Below are positions 9,225-17,745 of a stretch of 52,738 nucleotides of DNA, piece after piece (positions within the stretch are counted from its first letter, which is position 1; the number at the start of each line of letters is the position of its first letter). Source of the DNA: Patescibacteria group bacterium. Its GTDB lineage: Bacteria; Patescibacteriota; Microgenomatia; UBA10105; UBA927. The notes under the pieces were generated by a model, which made no database searches, was not told the origin of the DNA, and saw nothing but the letters and a program-made list of their open reading frames with translations. The translations under genes and the position numbers were made by a program. The stretch spans positions 194,784-247,521 of the forward strand of contig JBMOPU010000033.1 in NCBI GenBank assembly GCA_049322955.1, written 5' to 3'.

Positions 9225-10886
9225 TCAGTGTCGGTGAAATAATCCGTGGAGTTCTTTGAGCGTGAGGAGTATTTTCGTCGGTCTTCCATGCGGACAAGTG
9301 GCGTTGTCGGGAGTTTTCTCCAGTTGATCGGTAATCATTTTCATTTGCTCCGTTGTTAACGGATCTCCCGCCTTTACCGCGGCACGACAGGCGAGGTAGG
9401 ATAGCATTTCCTTGGATGCCGTATCAACGGATTTGGGAGAGCCCTGTTCTTCGATGTCTTCCAACATATCCCGGATAAGCTCGGGGATATCACGGTCACG
9501 AAACAAATCGGGTACATGGGTAACCAGCGTATCTTTCACGACAAATCCGAGAGCGGCAAGCGTATCGCGGTACTCGACAAGCAAAAGTTTTTCCCGGGCG
9601 GTGCATCGAAGGGCAAGCGGAGTCGGCAACGCATATCGTCTGGCGAGTTTTGTTTTTTTGCCGTATATCGATGTAAGTTTTGCAAAAAGTATCCGCTCGT
9701 GGGCGGCATGTTGGTCGATAAGTTGGATACCTTCGGGCGAAGTGACGATAATATACAGGTTGCTGTACTGCACAAAAACACGGGACACATTGATGATGCC
9801 CGTTTCTTGGAGCACCGCTTCTTTAATGCTTTTCCCGGCAACGGTTCCCGTGAGTCCCGCACCGGATCGTTTCCATGATAAGTTCTGAAACGTGAGGTTG
9901 TGATTTGCAAGGGTTTCGGTGACGGCTTGTTTTACCGTTTGGAAAATATATTGCCCGTTTGCAAAACGCACCTCTTCTTTTCGGGGGTGAACGTTTATAT
10001 CGACAAATCCCGGGGGAAGATCGGCAAATAAAACAAAAACGGGATAGGTGGCTGATTCAAGCATCGTGCCGTATGATTCCTTGACCGCCGAGGAAACAAC
10101 ACCGTCACGGACCATACGGGAGTTGATAAATAGGTATTGTTTGGCGGTAGATCGCGCATTGAGTTGCGGTTTGGCGATGAACCCTTCTATCGAAAGATAG
10201 GTATCGTTCGTTGTAATGGGAATAAGCAGAGGAAAGACATCTTCTCCCATAATCTGTTCCACGCGTTCCGCGCGTTTATGTGTCGCGGGATAATACAGCA
10301 ACGTTTTTTTTCCGTGGGTAAGCATAAACTGTACGGACGGATAGCAAAGAGCATAGTTGTTGATGATATCGACACAGAGTCTCAGTTCGGTACGAATCGA
10401 CTTCATAAACTTCTTTCTTGCCGGGATATGGGCGAATAACTGTTCCGCCGTTACGGTCGTCCCGTATGGCATGCCAACCGACGATTCGTCCATCAATTGT
10501 CCGCGTTCGACAGTGATCGAGTACCCCGTAGGGGATTTTGCCGGTCTGCTTTGGATGGTGAGTGTGCTAACGGCGGCAAGGGACGACAGTGCTTCTCCGC
10601 GGAATCCGAAACTTTGTGCCGTATGGAGGTCTTCCAATTCACGGATTTTGCTGGTCGTATGCGGTTTCCACGACTCCATAAGGTCTTCTTTGGACATGCC
10701 CTCTCCGTCATCGGTAACCCGAAGTACGGTTAGTCCGGCATCTTCGAGGGTAACGGTGATATTGGCGGCTTTCGCATCAAGCGCATTTTCAACCAGTTCC
10801 TTGACCGCATACGACGGACGTTCGATCACTTCTCCCGCGGCGATGTTTGCGACCACGAGCTCGGAAAGTTTATGAATTTTTTTCAT
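9225..10886 (-). CDS. mutL: DNA mismatch repair endonuclease MutL
   Basis: GHKL ATPase N-terminus (VVANIAAGEVIERP, ELVENALDA). C-terminal DQHAAHERILFAKL, ACRAAVKAGD and CPHGRP endonuclease motifs. ATG at 10886 chosen over the GTG at 10901. Confidence 0.95.
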   Translation of the reverse strand: MKKIHKLSELVVANIAAGEVIERPSYAVKELVENALDAKAANITVTLEDAGLTVLRVTDDGEGMSKEDLMESWKPHTTSKIRELEDLHTAQSFGFRGEALSSLAAVSTLTIQSRPAKSPTGYSITVERGQLMDESSVGMPYGTTVTAEQLFAHIPARKKFMKSIRTELRLCVDIINNYALCYPSVQFMLTHGKKTLLYYPATHKRAERVEQIMGEDVFPLLIPITTNDTYLSIEGFIAKPQLNARSTAKQYLFINSRMVRDGVVSSAVKESYGTMLESATYPVFVLFADLPPGFVDINVHPRKEEVRFANGQYIFQTVKQAVTETLANHNLTFQNLSWKRSGAGLTGTVAGKSIKEAVLQETGIINVSRVFVQYSNLYIIVTSPEGIQLIDQHAAHERILFAKLTSIYGKKTKLARRYALPTPLALRCTAREKLLLVEYRDTLAALGFVVKDTLVTHVPDLFRDRDIPELIRDMLEDIEEQGSPKSVDTASKEMLSYLACRAAVKAGDPLTTEQMKMITDQLEKTPDNATCPHGRPTKILLTLKELHGLFHRH

Positions 10887-10897
10887 GGTTCTTGATA

Positions 10898-13519
10898 TCA
10901 CGACCTTCGTTTCGGGGCTTTTTTTTCCCGAAGCATTTTTTGTAATCGTACCAACGTATTCATTGCCGCAATCGGGGTGATGTTCGACACATCAACACGC
11001 AAAAGTTCTTTTATTACCTCCGCGTCCGGAGGAGAAGAAGGTTTCTTAGAGGAATCTGCGGCCGGCATAGTCCCGCGGGATTCCAATGAATGAAGCATAG
11101 CGCTTGCGGAGGAAAGCACCTCGTCGGGAATGCCGGCGAGTTTGGCAACGGCGATACCGAACGAATGGGATGCACCCCCGGGGAATAACGTATGAAGAAA
11201 AACGGGGCGGTCGGTATTTCCCGCTACCGCCATATGAAAATTTTTGATACGTGACGGATACTTTTCTTGCAGGAGCTGTAGCTCATGGTAATGGGTGGCA
11301 AAAAGCGTTTTGGGAGCGGGAGAAAAACCGGTAACCAAATACTGAGCCACCGCCCATGCAAGGGATATCCCGTCAAACGTACTGGTGCCGCGTCCGATTT
11401 CGTCCATGATGATGAGCGAGCGGGAAGTGGCATGATGCAATATGTGTGCCGTTTCCGACATTTCCACCATAAAGGTAGAGAGGCCGGACGTAATGACGTC
11501 GGATGCACCCGAGCGCACAAATATGCGATCAACGAGTGATAAATGCGCCGAATTCGCCGGGACAAAGCATCCGATCTGATTCATAAGCACGATGAGGGCC
11601 ACCTGTCGTATGAGCACCGACTTTCCCGCCATGTTCGGACCGGTGATGATTAACAGGCTTTGATTGGTGGTATCCAGATGCACATCGTTGGGAACAAACG
11701 GCTCCTCCGTGGCAAGCAGTCGTTCTACGACGGGATGTCTTCCCTGGATAATACGGATCTCCCCCGAATACAGGAGTTTGGGGCGGACGTAGCGATATTT
11801 TTTGCTGATATGCGCATAGTTCATAATGCAGTCCAGCATGCCGATCGAATATGCCGCCTTTTGCAGATCGGGAGTAAAAGAAAGAACAAAAGAAAGAATC
11901 TCGTTGTACAACGAATACTCCAATTCATTCGCTTTTTCCTGCGCGGTAAGAATGATTTCCTCATGTTTCTTAAGTTCACGGGTGACAAAGCGCTCTCCGT
12001 TCACAAGTGTTTGTTTTCGCTCATAGGTAGTCGGTACGAGATGAAGATTCGATTTACTTACTTCGATGTAAAATCCGAAGACCTGGTTATAGCGAACCTT
12101 AAGCGAGGCGATGCCCGTTTTTGTTCGTTCGGTTTGTTCCATATCGTTCATCCATGTCCTGCTATGGTCGACGGTTGTACGAAGCGCATCAAGTTCCTTA
12201 TTGCGACCGTCTGCGATGATACCGCCATTTTTTACATCTATCGGAGGTTCGGCGATGATATCCCGTTCGATCCGATCAACGACTTTTGTAAGTTTATCCG
12301 AAATATTTTTGAGAATTTCTTTTCCGATTGCCGTGTCGGCAATTGCGGCGTTGGCAAGCGATTGTTTAATCGCAAGGATTGCCCGTACCGAGTGTTTCAG
12401 TGCGATAAGATCACGGGCGTTCCCGATATTGACGGAAAGTCGGGACACCAGGCGTTCGATATCGCCCACGGATTCAAGATTGCTCCGCAACGACTCGCGT
12501 CTTCTGTTATCTTCCGTAAAGCAGGCGACTCCGGCATGGCGATCGGTGATGGCGGATTTATCGATAAGCGGTTTTTTCAGCCATGACCGAAGGAGCCTGC
12601 CTCCCATGGCGGTAACCGTTTCATCAAGGACTGCAATCAGAGAACCGCGCGTATCATCATCGCGGAGCGTGGCAAAAATCTCGAGATTGCGTGTCGTGGA
12701 TTTATCAAGAACCATGGTTGATTCCGTTTCATGCAGAATAATTTTTCGTATGTGCTGTACGCGTGATTTTTGCGTTTCCCGAAGATACCCGATAAGTGCC
12801 GCGGAGTTTTTTATGGAGAGCGGTTTATCGTCGATGCCGAATGTTTCGAGCGTTGCGATGGCAAAGTGTTCCTTAAGCAGTTTCCGCGCGCGTCCCGCAT
12901 AGGTATCCCACAGCGCCAGGGGATATATGTTCATGCCCTGTTGCGTTTTGAGAAATTTAAGAAAAGCCGCATCGTTGTACAGCGCGTCGGGGAGAATGCA
13001 TTCGCTCGGAGAAAGTCGTGCCAGTTCATCCGACAGCCAGGGGAGGTAGTCGCCTTCATGTTCAGAAGCGGCGAAGTACCCGGTAGAAAGATCGGCCGCG
13101 GCAAGGGATACGGCATCATCGGCAATAAGGATACTGACAAGATAATTATTTTCCTTTTTCTCCAACGAATTTTCGTCTAACATCGTTCCGGGGGTTACGA
13201 CGCGAACGACATCCCGTTCGACCAGACCTTTTTTCCCCGGGGGGGAAAGCTGTTCGCAAATGGCGACTTTGTATCCCGCGCGGACAAGTTTCGTAAGATA
13301 CGTATCGACGGCATGATAGGGAATGCCCGCCATAGGAATGCGACCGTCTTTTCCTCCCGCCTTGCCGGTAAGCGTCAGGTTTAACACTTTTGCCCCTACA
13401 TGCGCATCTTCCATGAAGAGTTCATAAAAATCCCCCATGCGGTAAAACATAAGACAATCGGGATATTTTTTCCGAATCTCGTTATATTGACGCATCATCG
13501 GGGTGGAGAACTCATTCAT
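10898..13519 (-). CDS. mutS: DNA mismatch repair protein MutS
   Basis: 873 aa. TPMMRQY...FYRMGDFYELF mismatch-binding N-terminus, Walker A GPNMAGKS, and DEIGRGTST. Confidence 0.97.
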   Translation of the reverse strand: MNEFSTPMMRQYNEIRKKYPDCLMFYRMGDFYELFMEDAHVGAKVLNLTLTGKAGGKDGRIPMAGIPYHAVDTYLTKLVRAGYKVAICEQLSPPGKKGLVERDVVRVVTPGTMLDENSLEKKENNYLVSILIADDAVSLAAADLSTGYFAASEHEGDYLPWLSDELARLSPSECILPDALYNDAAFLKFLKTQQGMNIYPLALWDTYAGRARKLLKEHFAIATLETFGIDDKPLSIKNSAALIGYLRETQKSRVQHIRKIILHETESTMVLDKSTTRNLEIFATLRDDDTRGSLIAVLDETVTAMGGRLLRSWLKKPLIDKSAITDRHAGVACFTEDNRRRESLRSNLESVGDIERLVSRLSVNIGNARDLIALKHSVRAILAIKQSLANAAIADTAIGKEILKNISDKLTKVVDRIERDIIAEPPIDVKNGGIIADGRNKELDALRTTVDHSRTWMNDMEQTERTKTGIASLKVRYNQVFGFYIEVSKSNLHLVPTTYERKQTLVNGERFVTRELKKHEEIILTAQEKANELEYSLYNEILSFVLSFTPDLQKAAYSIGMLDCIMNYAHISKKYRYVRPKLLYSGEIRIIQGRHPVVERLLATEEPFVPNDVHLDTTNQSLLIITGPNMAGKSVLIRQVALIVLMNQIGCFVPANSAHLSLVDRIFVRSGASDVITSGLSTFMVEMSETAHILHHATSRSLIIMDEIGRGTSTFDGISLAWAVAQYLVTGFSPAPKTLFATHYHELQLLQEKYPSRIKNFHMAVAGNTDRPVFLHTLFPGGASHSFGIAVAKLAGIPDEVLSSASAMLHSLESRGTMPAADSSKKPSSPPDAEVIKELLRVDVSNITPIAAMNTLVRLQKMLREKKAPKRRS

Positions 13520-13592
13520 AGATGCAAGTAACTATAACAAAATGCCCGAAGAATTTCTTTTCTTTTATTATTTGCATATACTAGGGGGATCA

Positions 13593-14258
13593 ATGAAAGA
13601 TATACGAATTCATCCGAGTTGGAAAAAAGCGTTACGCGAAGAGTTTGAAAAGCCGTACTGGCAATCCCTTACCGATAACGTAAGGGAGCAGTATCGGACT
13701 TCGGTCGTGTATCCGCCGGGTCCGTATATTTTTCGGGCTTTTGACGTATGTCCCTTGGATAGGGTGAAAGTCGTTATCATCGGACAGGACCCGTATCACG
13801 GTGTCAAACAGGCAAACGGGTTGTCGTTTTCGGTGAATACGGGTTTGCCCCTTCCGCCGTCACTTAAAAATATTTATAAGGAAATTCAAAACGATCTCGG
13901 CATTACTCCTCTTGCGGATGGTGACCTGATACGGTGGGGGAAACAGGGAGTACTGCTGTTAAATAGCGTGCTTACTGTGCTTGCCGGAAAGCCCGGTTCC
14001 CATGCGGGTATCGGATGGGAAACATTTACCGATGCGGTCATCCGCGCCGTCAATACAGAGAGGAAGCATGTGGTCTATATGCTTTGGGGAAAATACGCGC
14101 AGAACAAAGGTGCGATGATCGATACCGCGGAGAATTTAGTGCTTACGTCCGCGCATCCGTCGCCCTACTCGGTATCGATGTTTTATGGGCACCATCACTT
14201 CAGCCGTTGCAACACCTACCTTTCGGAGCACGGCATGGACCCCATCGACTGGCGGTAA
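13593..14258 (+). CDS. ung: uracil-DNA glycosylase (family 1)
   Basis: GQDPYHG and SAHPSPYS motifs. ATG at 13593 preceded by AGGGGGA. The upstream GTG extension overlaps mutS. Confidence 0.93.
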   Translation: MKDIRIHPSWKKALREEFEKPYWQSLTDNVREQYRTSVVYPPGPYIFRAFDVCPLDRVKVVIIGQDPYHGVKQANGLSFSVNTGLPLPPSLKNIYKEIQNDLGITPLADGDLIRWGKQGVLLLNSVLTVLAGKPGSHAGIGWETFTDAVIRAVNTERKHVVYMLWGKYAQNKGAMIDTAENLVLTSAHPSPYSVSMFYGHHHFSRCNTYLSEHGMDPIDWR

Positions 14259-14305
14259 GCGTCATCCCGCTTATCCCCCGAGTGAAAAATAACGCGCTTT
14301 TGCGG

Positions 14306-14311
14306 TATAAT
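14306..14311 (+). promoter_or_regulatory. candidate -10 box (TATAAT) for tRNA-Gln
   Basis: A perfect TATAAT ends 9 nt before tRNA position 1. No convincing -35. Confidence 0.35.
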
Positions 14312-14320
14312 ACCTACACT

Positions 14321-14391
14321 TGCGGGATCGTATAACGGTAGTACGCATCCCTCTGGAGGATGTTATCTTGGTTCGAATCCAAGTCCCGCAG
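14321..14391 (+). tRNA. tRNA-Gln (anticodon CTG)
   Basis: Manual cloverleaf: acceptor TGCGGGA/TCCCGCA (U1-A72 as in bacterial tRNA-Gln); D stem GTAT/GTAC; anticodon stem CATCC/GGATG with loop CT-CTG-GA; T arm CTTGG-TTCGAAT-CCAAG; discriminator G. No encoded CCA. Confidence 0.9.
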
Positions 14392-14393
14392 CA
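14377..14393 (+). repeat. direct repeat copy 1 (tRNA-Gln T-loop/acceptor 3' end, ATCCAAGTCCCGCAGCA)
   Basis: Identical 17-mer at 14557-14573. 13-nt core repeated at 15320-15332. Confidence 0.9.
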
Positions 14394-14431
14394 TATACAA
14401 AAATTGCCCTGAAAAGGCATTTTTTGTATAT
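14393..14431. terminator. A-tract/T-tract palindrome (bidirectional terminator-like) directly after tRNA-Gln
   Basis: ATATACAAAAATTGCC-ctgaaaa-GGCATTTTTTGTATAT. 16-bp arms with one mismatch. Confidence 0.55.
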
Positions 14432-14556
14432 ACAGAGATTTAGGATGAGAACCAACTGCCAACAGGCGTATGGTTCGGGAGTATGAAGCATTATTGAAAC
14501 AACGATTTCAATAATAGCGAAATACTCATGAAACCCCGCTTTGCGGGGTGAACATC

Positions 14557-14573
14557 ATCCAAGTCCCGCAGCA
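14557..14573 (+). repeat. direct repeat copy 2 (exact 17-nt copy of tRNA-Gln 3' end)
   Basis: ATCCAAGTCCCGCAGCA is identical to 14377-14393. Confidence 0.9.
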
Positions 14574-14596
14574 AAATTGAGATATACTACCAATAT

Positions 14597-15112
14597 ATGA
14601 ATAAAACGCACATCCATATTATTAAAACTGGCGGAACAATAGAATTTAAGGATCCAGGATACGAAAACGTTAATACACAGATGATGAAACTTGATACCTC
14701 TATAGATACGTACCTCAAAAATATGGTGAAGCCACACTTTGCCTACACCATTGAATCGGTTTGTGAAAAAGATAGTCGAGATGTTACTGACGAAGACCGC
14801 AATAAACTTATCAATGCAATCGAGCATACTTCTCACTCAAATATTGTTATTACCCACGGTACTTATACCATGGGACAAACCGCCAAATACTTAAATAAAC
14901 ATTTTATTGGCAAAGACTTAAAGAAAAAAATTATCCTGACAGGATCTATGATCCCTGTTGTTGGATTCTCTATGTCAGATGCAGCATTTAATCTTGGCTA
15001 CTGCATGGCATCATTCGATCATTTAAAACCAGGAGTCTATATAAGTATGAATGGTGGAATATTCAAGCCTAATGAGGTAGAAAAAAACTCAGAGCTACTC
15101 AGATTTGAATAA
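14597..15112 (+). CDS. asparaginase N-terminal-domain-only protein
   Basis: 171 aa. IIKTGGTIEF (catalytic Thr motif), VITHGTYTM (HGTDT-like) and ILTGSMIP. Visibly more AT-rich than its neighbours. TATACT ends 8 nt upstream of the ATG. Confidence 0.7.
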   Translation: MNKTHIHIIKTGGTIEFKDPGYENVNTQMMKLDTSIDTYLKNMVKPHFAYTIESVCEKDSRDVTDEDRNKLINAIEHTSHSNIVITHGTYTMGQTAKYLNKHFIGKDLKKKIILTGSMIPVVGFSMSDAAFNLGYCMASFDHLKPGVYISMNGGIFKPNEVEKNSELLRFE

Positions 15113-15151
15113 GCTATAACGACCGTATGGTCCGTGACCGGCACGCTCAGC

Positions 15152-15190
15152 ATATACAAAAATTGCCCTGAACGGGCATTTTTTGTATAT
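15152..15190. terminator. second copy of the A-tract/T-tract palindrome
   Basis: Same arms as 14393-14431, with the loop changed to ctgaacg. Lies 40 nt after the stop of the asparaginase-like ORF. Confidence 0.55.
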
Positions 15191-15319
15191 ACAGAGATTT
15201 AGGATGAGAACCAACTGCCAGCAGGCGTATGGTTCGGGATTGAGGAGCCGTTATCGCAACAACGATTGCGATAACAAGCGGATCAGTCATGGAGTCCCGC
15301 CCTGGCGGGACGAATATCT

Positions 15320-15332
15320 TCCAAGTCCCGCA
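15320..15332 (+). repeat. direct repeat copy 3 (13-nt core of tRNA-Gln 3' end)
   Basis: TCCAAGTCCCGCA is identical to 14378-14390. Flanks diverge (TT...ACA). Confidence 0.85.
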
Positions 15333-15348
15333 ACAAACAAGCGTGTCT

Positions 15349-15855
15349 TTATATCTTCCTGCTATCGTACGCCCAGTGGAGGAGTGCCTGTCGCTGTCGG
15401 GGTCGGCAGGATTCATCATACGGCATACAATATTTTTTGATCTGACTCACATGCCGTCGAATGGCGAGCCATCGTTTGATTTGCCGTTCGTCGTCCTCAT
15501 GGCGTCTTCCCCGATAGTAACGGCAATACCATTGGAACCACCCGCGGGGATCGTCGGGATGTATCCAGTGCTTTCGTATCCATTCGGTAAGCGATTGACT
15601 TGCCGATACGCCGAAATAATTGATTGATGGGTCTGACTTTTCCGGGGAAAGTTTGGCTTTTGCAAACCAGTTCTTGGGAAATTCAGCGATGCAGTCGGTC
15701 ATATATTTCCCCCCGAACACGCCCATCTCAAGCATTTGTTTCGGGGTAAGGTCCGGAGTAAATCGGGGATCAAAGTTTTTCCCTTCCGGTTCGGTGAGAA
15801 CATACCGATAATTCCTCTGCATTTTATCGTTAACGACAATGGTCTTAGGGTGCAT
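15349..15855 (-). CDS. conserved hypothetical protein
   Basis: Long ORF with non-repetitive composition ([11 protein letters not shown]...[28 protein letters not shown]). Internal ATG at 15855 chosen to limit overlap with the upstream gene. Family not recognised. Confidence 0.55.
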   Translation of the reverse strand: MHPKTIVVNDKMQRNYRYVLTEPEGKNFDPRFTPDLTPKQMLEMGVFGGKYMTDCIAEFPKNWFAKAKLSPEKSDPSINYFGVSASQSLTEWIRKHWIHPDDPRGWFQWYCRYYRGRRHEDDERQIKRWLAIRRHVSQIKKYCMPYDESCRPRQRQALLHWAYDSRKI

Positions 15856-16615
15856 GGGATTTCGGGGGCAGTGGTATAAAGACGCTGGTTCGTTTTTTGT
15901 ATGCTTCAAAATCTTTTCTTCCCTCGTATTTTTTCTCAAGAAGCGGAACGCCCGAAACAAAAAGTATGAGTCCCGTTATCGTGAGAGGGCCGATAACGGT
16001 GATCCAGGCGCCGGGCAGAGATACGGCTATCAAAAATATACCCCACCACTGGGTGACTTCTCCGAAGTAGTTTGGATGACGGGAGTATCGCCAGAGCCCG
16101 CTCTGGAGAATCTTCCCCTTATTTTTGGGATTGGCGACAAATGTCGCTAACTGCTTGTCGGCAGTGTGTTCAAAGTAAAATCCGATGATCCATACGAGAA
16201 GACCAGCAAAATCCGTATAGCCGAAAATTGAAGAGGCGGACCGGTTTATGAATATGATCGGGAGGGCGATAATATACAAAAGCAATCCTTGAAGCATGAA
16301 GACCTGCAGATAACTCCGGAGGTAAAAATACTTCCATGTTTTTCTCCATTCCTGATATCGCGAGTCTTCCGTTTTCTTTTTATTTCGGTGATAAATATGC
16401 CACGCAAGGCGTATTCCCCAGATACTTACCAAAATATCAGTGACGAACGCTTTTCGTGAGAAACCGAAGAGGGAAAAAGCGGTCCACGCGATGAGTATAA
16501 AACCCATCCCCCATGCGATATCCGCGACGTCATTCCGACGATTGGCGATCGCAATCAGATACCAAAGGGTCATATATCCCCAAAGCGTTATCGCCAAAAA
16601 AATTAAATCGTTCAT
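15845..16615 (-). CDS. DUF1295 / steroid 5-alpha-reductase-like membrane protein
   Basis: [20 protein letters not shown] motif and multiple TM helices. The ATG at 16615 makes an ATGA overlap with the upstream gene. Confidence 0.8.
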   Translation of the reverse strand: MNDLIFLAITLWGYMTLWYLIAIANRRNDVADIAWGMGFILIAWTAFSLFGFSRKAFVTDILVSIWGIRLAWHIYHRNKKKTEDSRYQEWRKTWKYFYLRSYLQVFMLQGLLLYIIALPIIFINRSASSIFGYTDFAGLLVWIIGFYFEHTADKQLATFVANPKNKGKILQSGLWRYSRHPNYFGEVTQWWGIFLIAVSLPGAWITVIGPLTITGLILFVSGVPLLEKKYEGRKDFEAYKKRTSVFIPLPPKSHAP

Positions 16616-17043
16616 ACCCGAAGTTTGGTTGCGATAAAAAATGTCAAAACTGACGTGACTGCTGAAATACCCATACCCCACAGAAGGTCAATGATGGTGA
16701 TATTCAGCGGCCAATTCTTGATGGTGGCAAGGTTGGTGAGGTCATAGGTGGCGTATGTAACCAGTCCGAACAGTAAGCCGCTGGTCAGTACTTGCATCCA
16801 CGTTTTTTTGCCGAGAGCGGGTTCCAAAACAAAAAAAACGAGCCCCGCGATAAATATGAGATAAAAAATAAATGCCGCTATCAAGTTGGGAGATTTTGCC
16901 ATCAGATAGCCCAGATGTTTTGCGTACAGATCCTTTGCCAAAACCGTGAGCCAAAGCATGTCTATTGCGAGAAAAACCGCAAGCGCAATACCGTAGAGTT
17001 TGATAAACATATTCCTGCTATCCCGCGGGGGATCCTCCTTCAT
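16612..17043 (-). CDS. DUF2177 membrane protein (start uncertain: 17043 or 17010)
   Basis: [34 protein letters not shown] matches the DUF2177 N-terminus. Four helices. Confidence 0.7.
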   Translation of the reverse strand: MKEDPPRDSRNMFIKLYGIALAVFLAIDMLWLTVLAKDLYAKHLGYLMAKSPNLIAAFIFYLIFIAGLVFFVLEPALGKKTWMQVLTSGLLFGLVTYATYDLTNLATIKNWPLNITIIDLLWGMGISAVTSVLTFFIATKLRV

Positions 17044-17147
17044 TAACTGTACTCTGATATCGGCCATGGATACAAGTGCATGATATATACGATCCGTATG
17101 TTGCTTCGAATTCGCCATGGACAGTAGATTTTGGTACGATAGATTAC

Positions 17148-17744
17148 ATGAGAAAAATTATCGTGCTCTCGTTTCTCTCACTCGACGGGGTAATGCAGGC
17201 ACCCGGAGGACCGGAGGAAGATACCAGCGGTAATTTTCTCTACGGCGGATGGACGGTGCCCTACTTCGATTCTGCCGCGGGGAGCATTATGGCAAAACAA
17301 ATGAGTGCTCCCGCAGACCTCCTGCTCGGGAGAAAAACATTCGAAATTTTTGCCTCCTATTGGCCTACGCATGAATCGGATTGGCCGGGCATTAACGCGA
17401 TGACGAAATACGTCGTATCAAACACGCTGACATCTCCTGCCTGGGAAAATTCCGTGGTGCTATCGGGTGATGTTGTGGAAAAACTGAAAAAGCTCAAACA
17501 TCAGGAAGGAAATAATTTACAGGTGCACGGGAGCAGTGAACTCATTCAGACGCTTCTTTCCAACGACCTCGTTGACGAGTTCTGGTTGAAAACGTTCCCG
17601 GTAACTTTAGGGAACGGGAAGCGACTCTTTGCTGACGGTACCATCCCCGCATCTTTTACCGTACACGACGTAGAGGTCACTCCCAAAGGAGTTATTGTTG
17701 CAACCTATAAACGGGCGGGAGATATACAAACCGGATCGTTTTAA
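17148..17744 (+). CDS. dihydrofolate reductase family protein (RibD C-terminal domain)
   Basis: MRKIIVLSFLSLDGVMQAPGGPEED...GRKTFEIF...LQVHGSSELIQTLL is typical of the family. Confidence 0.8.
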   Translation: MRKIIVLSFLSLDGVMQAPGGPEEDTSGNFLYGGWTVPYFDSAAGSIMAKQMSAPADLLLGRKTFEIFASYWPTHESDWPGINAMTKYVVSNTLTSPAWENSVVLSGDVVEKLKKLKHQEGNNLQVHGSSELIQTLLSNDLVDEFWLKTFPVTLGNGKRLFADGTIPASFTVHDVEVTPKGVIVATYKRAGDIQTGSF

Positions 17745-17745
17745 T

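Larger units (their letters stand above)
14389..14573 (+). repeat. tRNA-3'-end-associated structured module, copy E1 (candidate ncRNA or att-arm element)
   Basis: 14389-14480 differs at 3 of 92 positions from 15148-15239. 14481-14556 folds into a nested helix (GAGTAT/ATACTC around ATTATTGAAA-caacga-TTTCAATAAT) and a hairpin CCCCGC-ttt-GCGGGG. Ends in the 17-nt tRNA repeat. Confidence 0.7.
15148..15335 (+). repeat. tRNA-3'-end-associated structured module, copy E2
   Basis: A 92-nt near-identical part, then GATTGA/TCAGTC around GTTATCGCAA-caacga-TTGCGATAAC, then hairpin GTCCCGC-cctg-GCGGGAC. Ends in TCCAAGTCCCGCA. Confidence 0.7.

Noticed and set aside
11660-12902. Long plus-strand ORFs (308 and 263 aa) lie inside the mutS region.
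   Set aside because: They lie antisense to a full-length, highly conserved MutS. Their composition is Arg/Ser/Phe-rich, which is typical of antisense frames of a real gene.
14271-14462. Minus-strand ORFs 14271-14462 and 15147-15419 share the peptide AVGSHPKSLYIQKMP.QGNFCIC and run through the tRNA-Gln gene. This could look like a split, conserved protein, for example an integrase partitioned by integration.
   Set aside because: The shared peptide is simply the translation of the 92-nt repeated module. The ORFs have no recombinase motifs and cross a tRNA gene and a terminator palindrome. Outside the repeat they are unrelated.
14447-14476. GAGAACCAACTGCCAACAGGCGTATGGTTC resembles group II intron domain V (GAGCC...GUACGGUUC, a bulged 14-bp hairpin).
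   Set aside because: The AGC catalytic triad is not present (AAC instead), and the loop is AACA/AGCA rather than GNRA. There is no room for domains I-IV or VI, and there is no IEP/RT ORF.
14557-14573. On the minus strand the tRNA 3'-end copies could act as retroelement primer-binding sites complementary to tRNA-Gln.
   Set aside because: The copies continue as ...GCAGCA rather than the mature ...GCAGCCA end, so complementarity to the CCA terminus is broken. No reverse transcriptase is present.
14377-15335. The repeated 13-17-mers with intervening unique sequence might be read as a small CRISPR-like array.
   Set aside because: There are only three copies, the spacings are irregular (about 163 and 746 nt), and the repeat is the tRNA 3' end itself. 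One interval contains a gene, and there are no cas genes.
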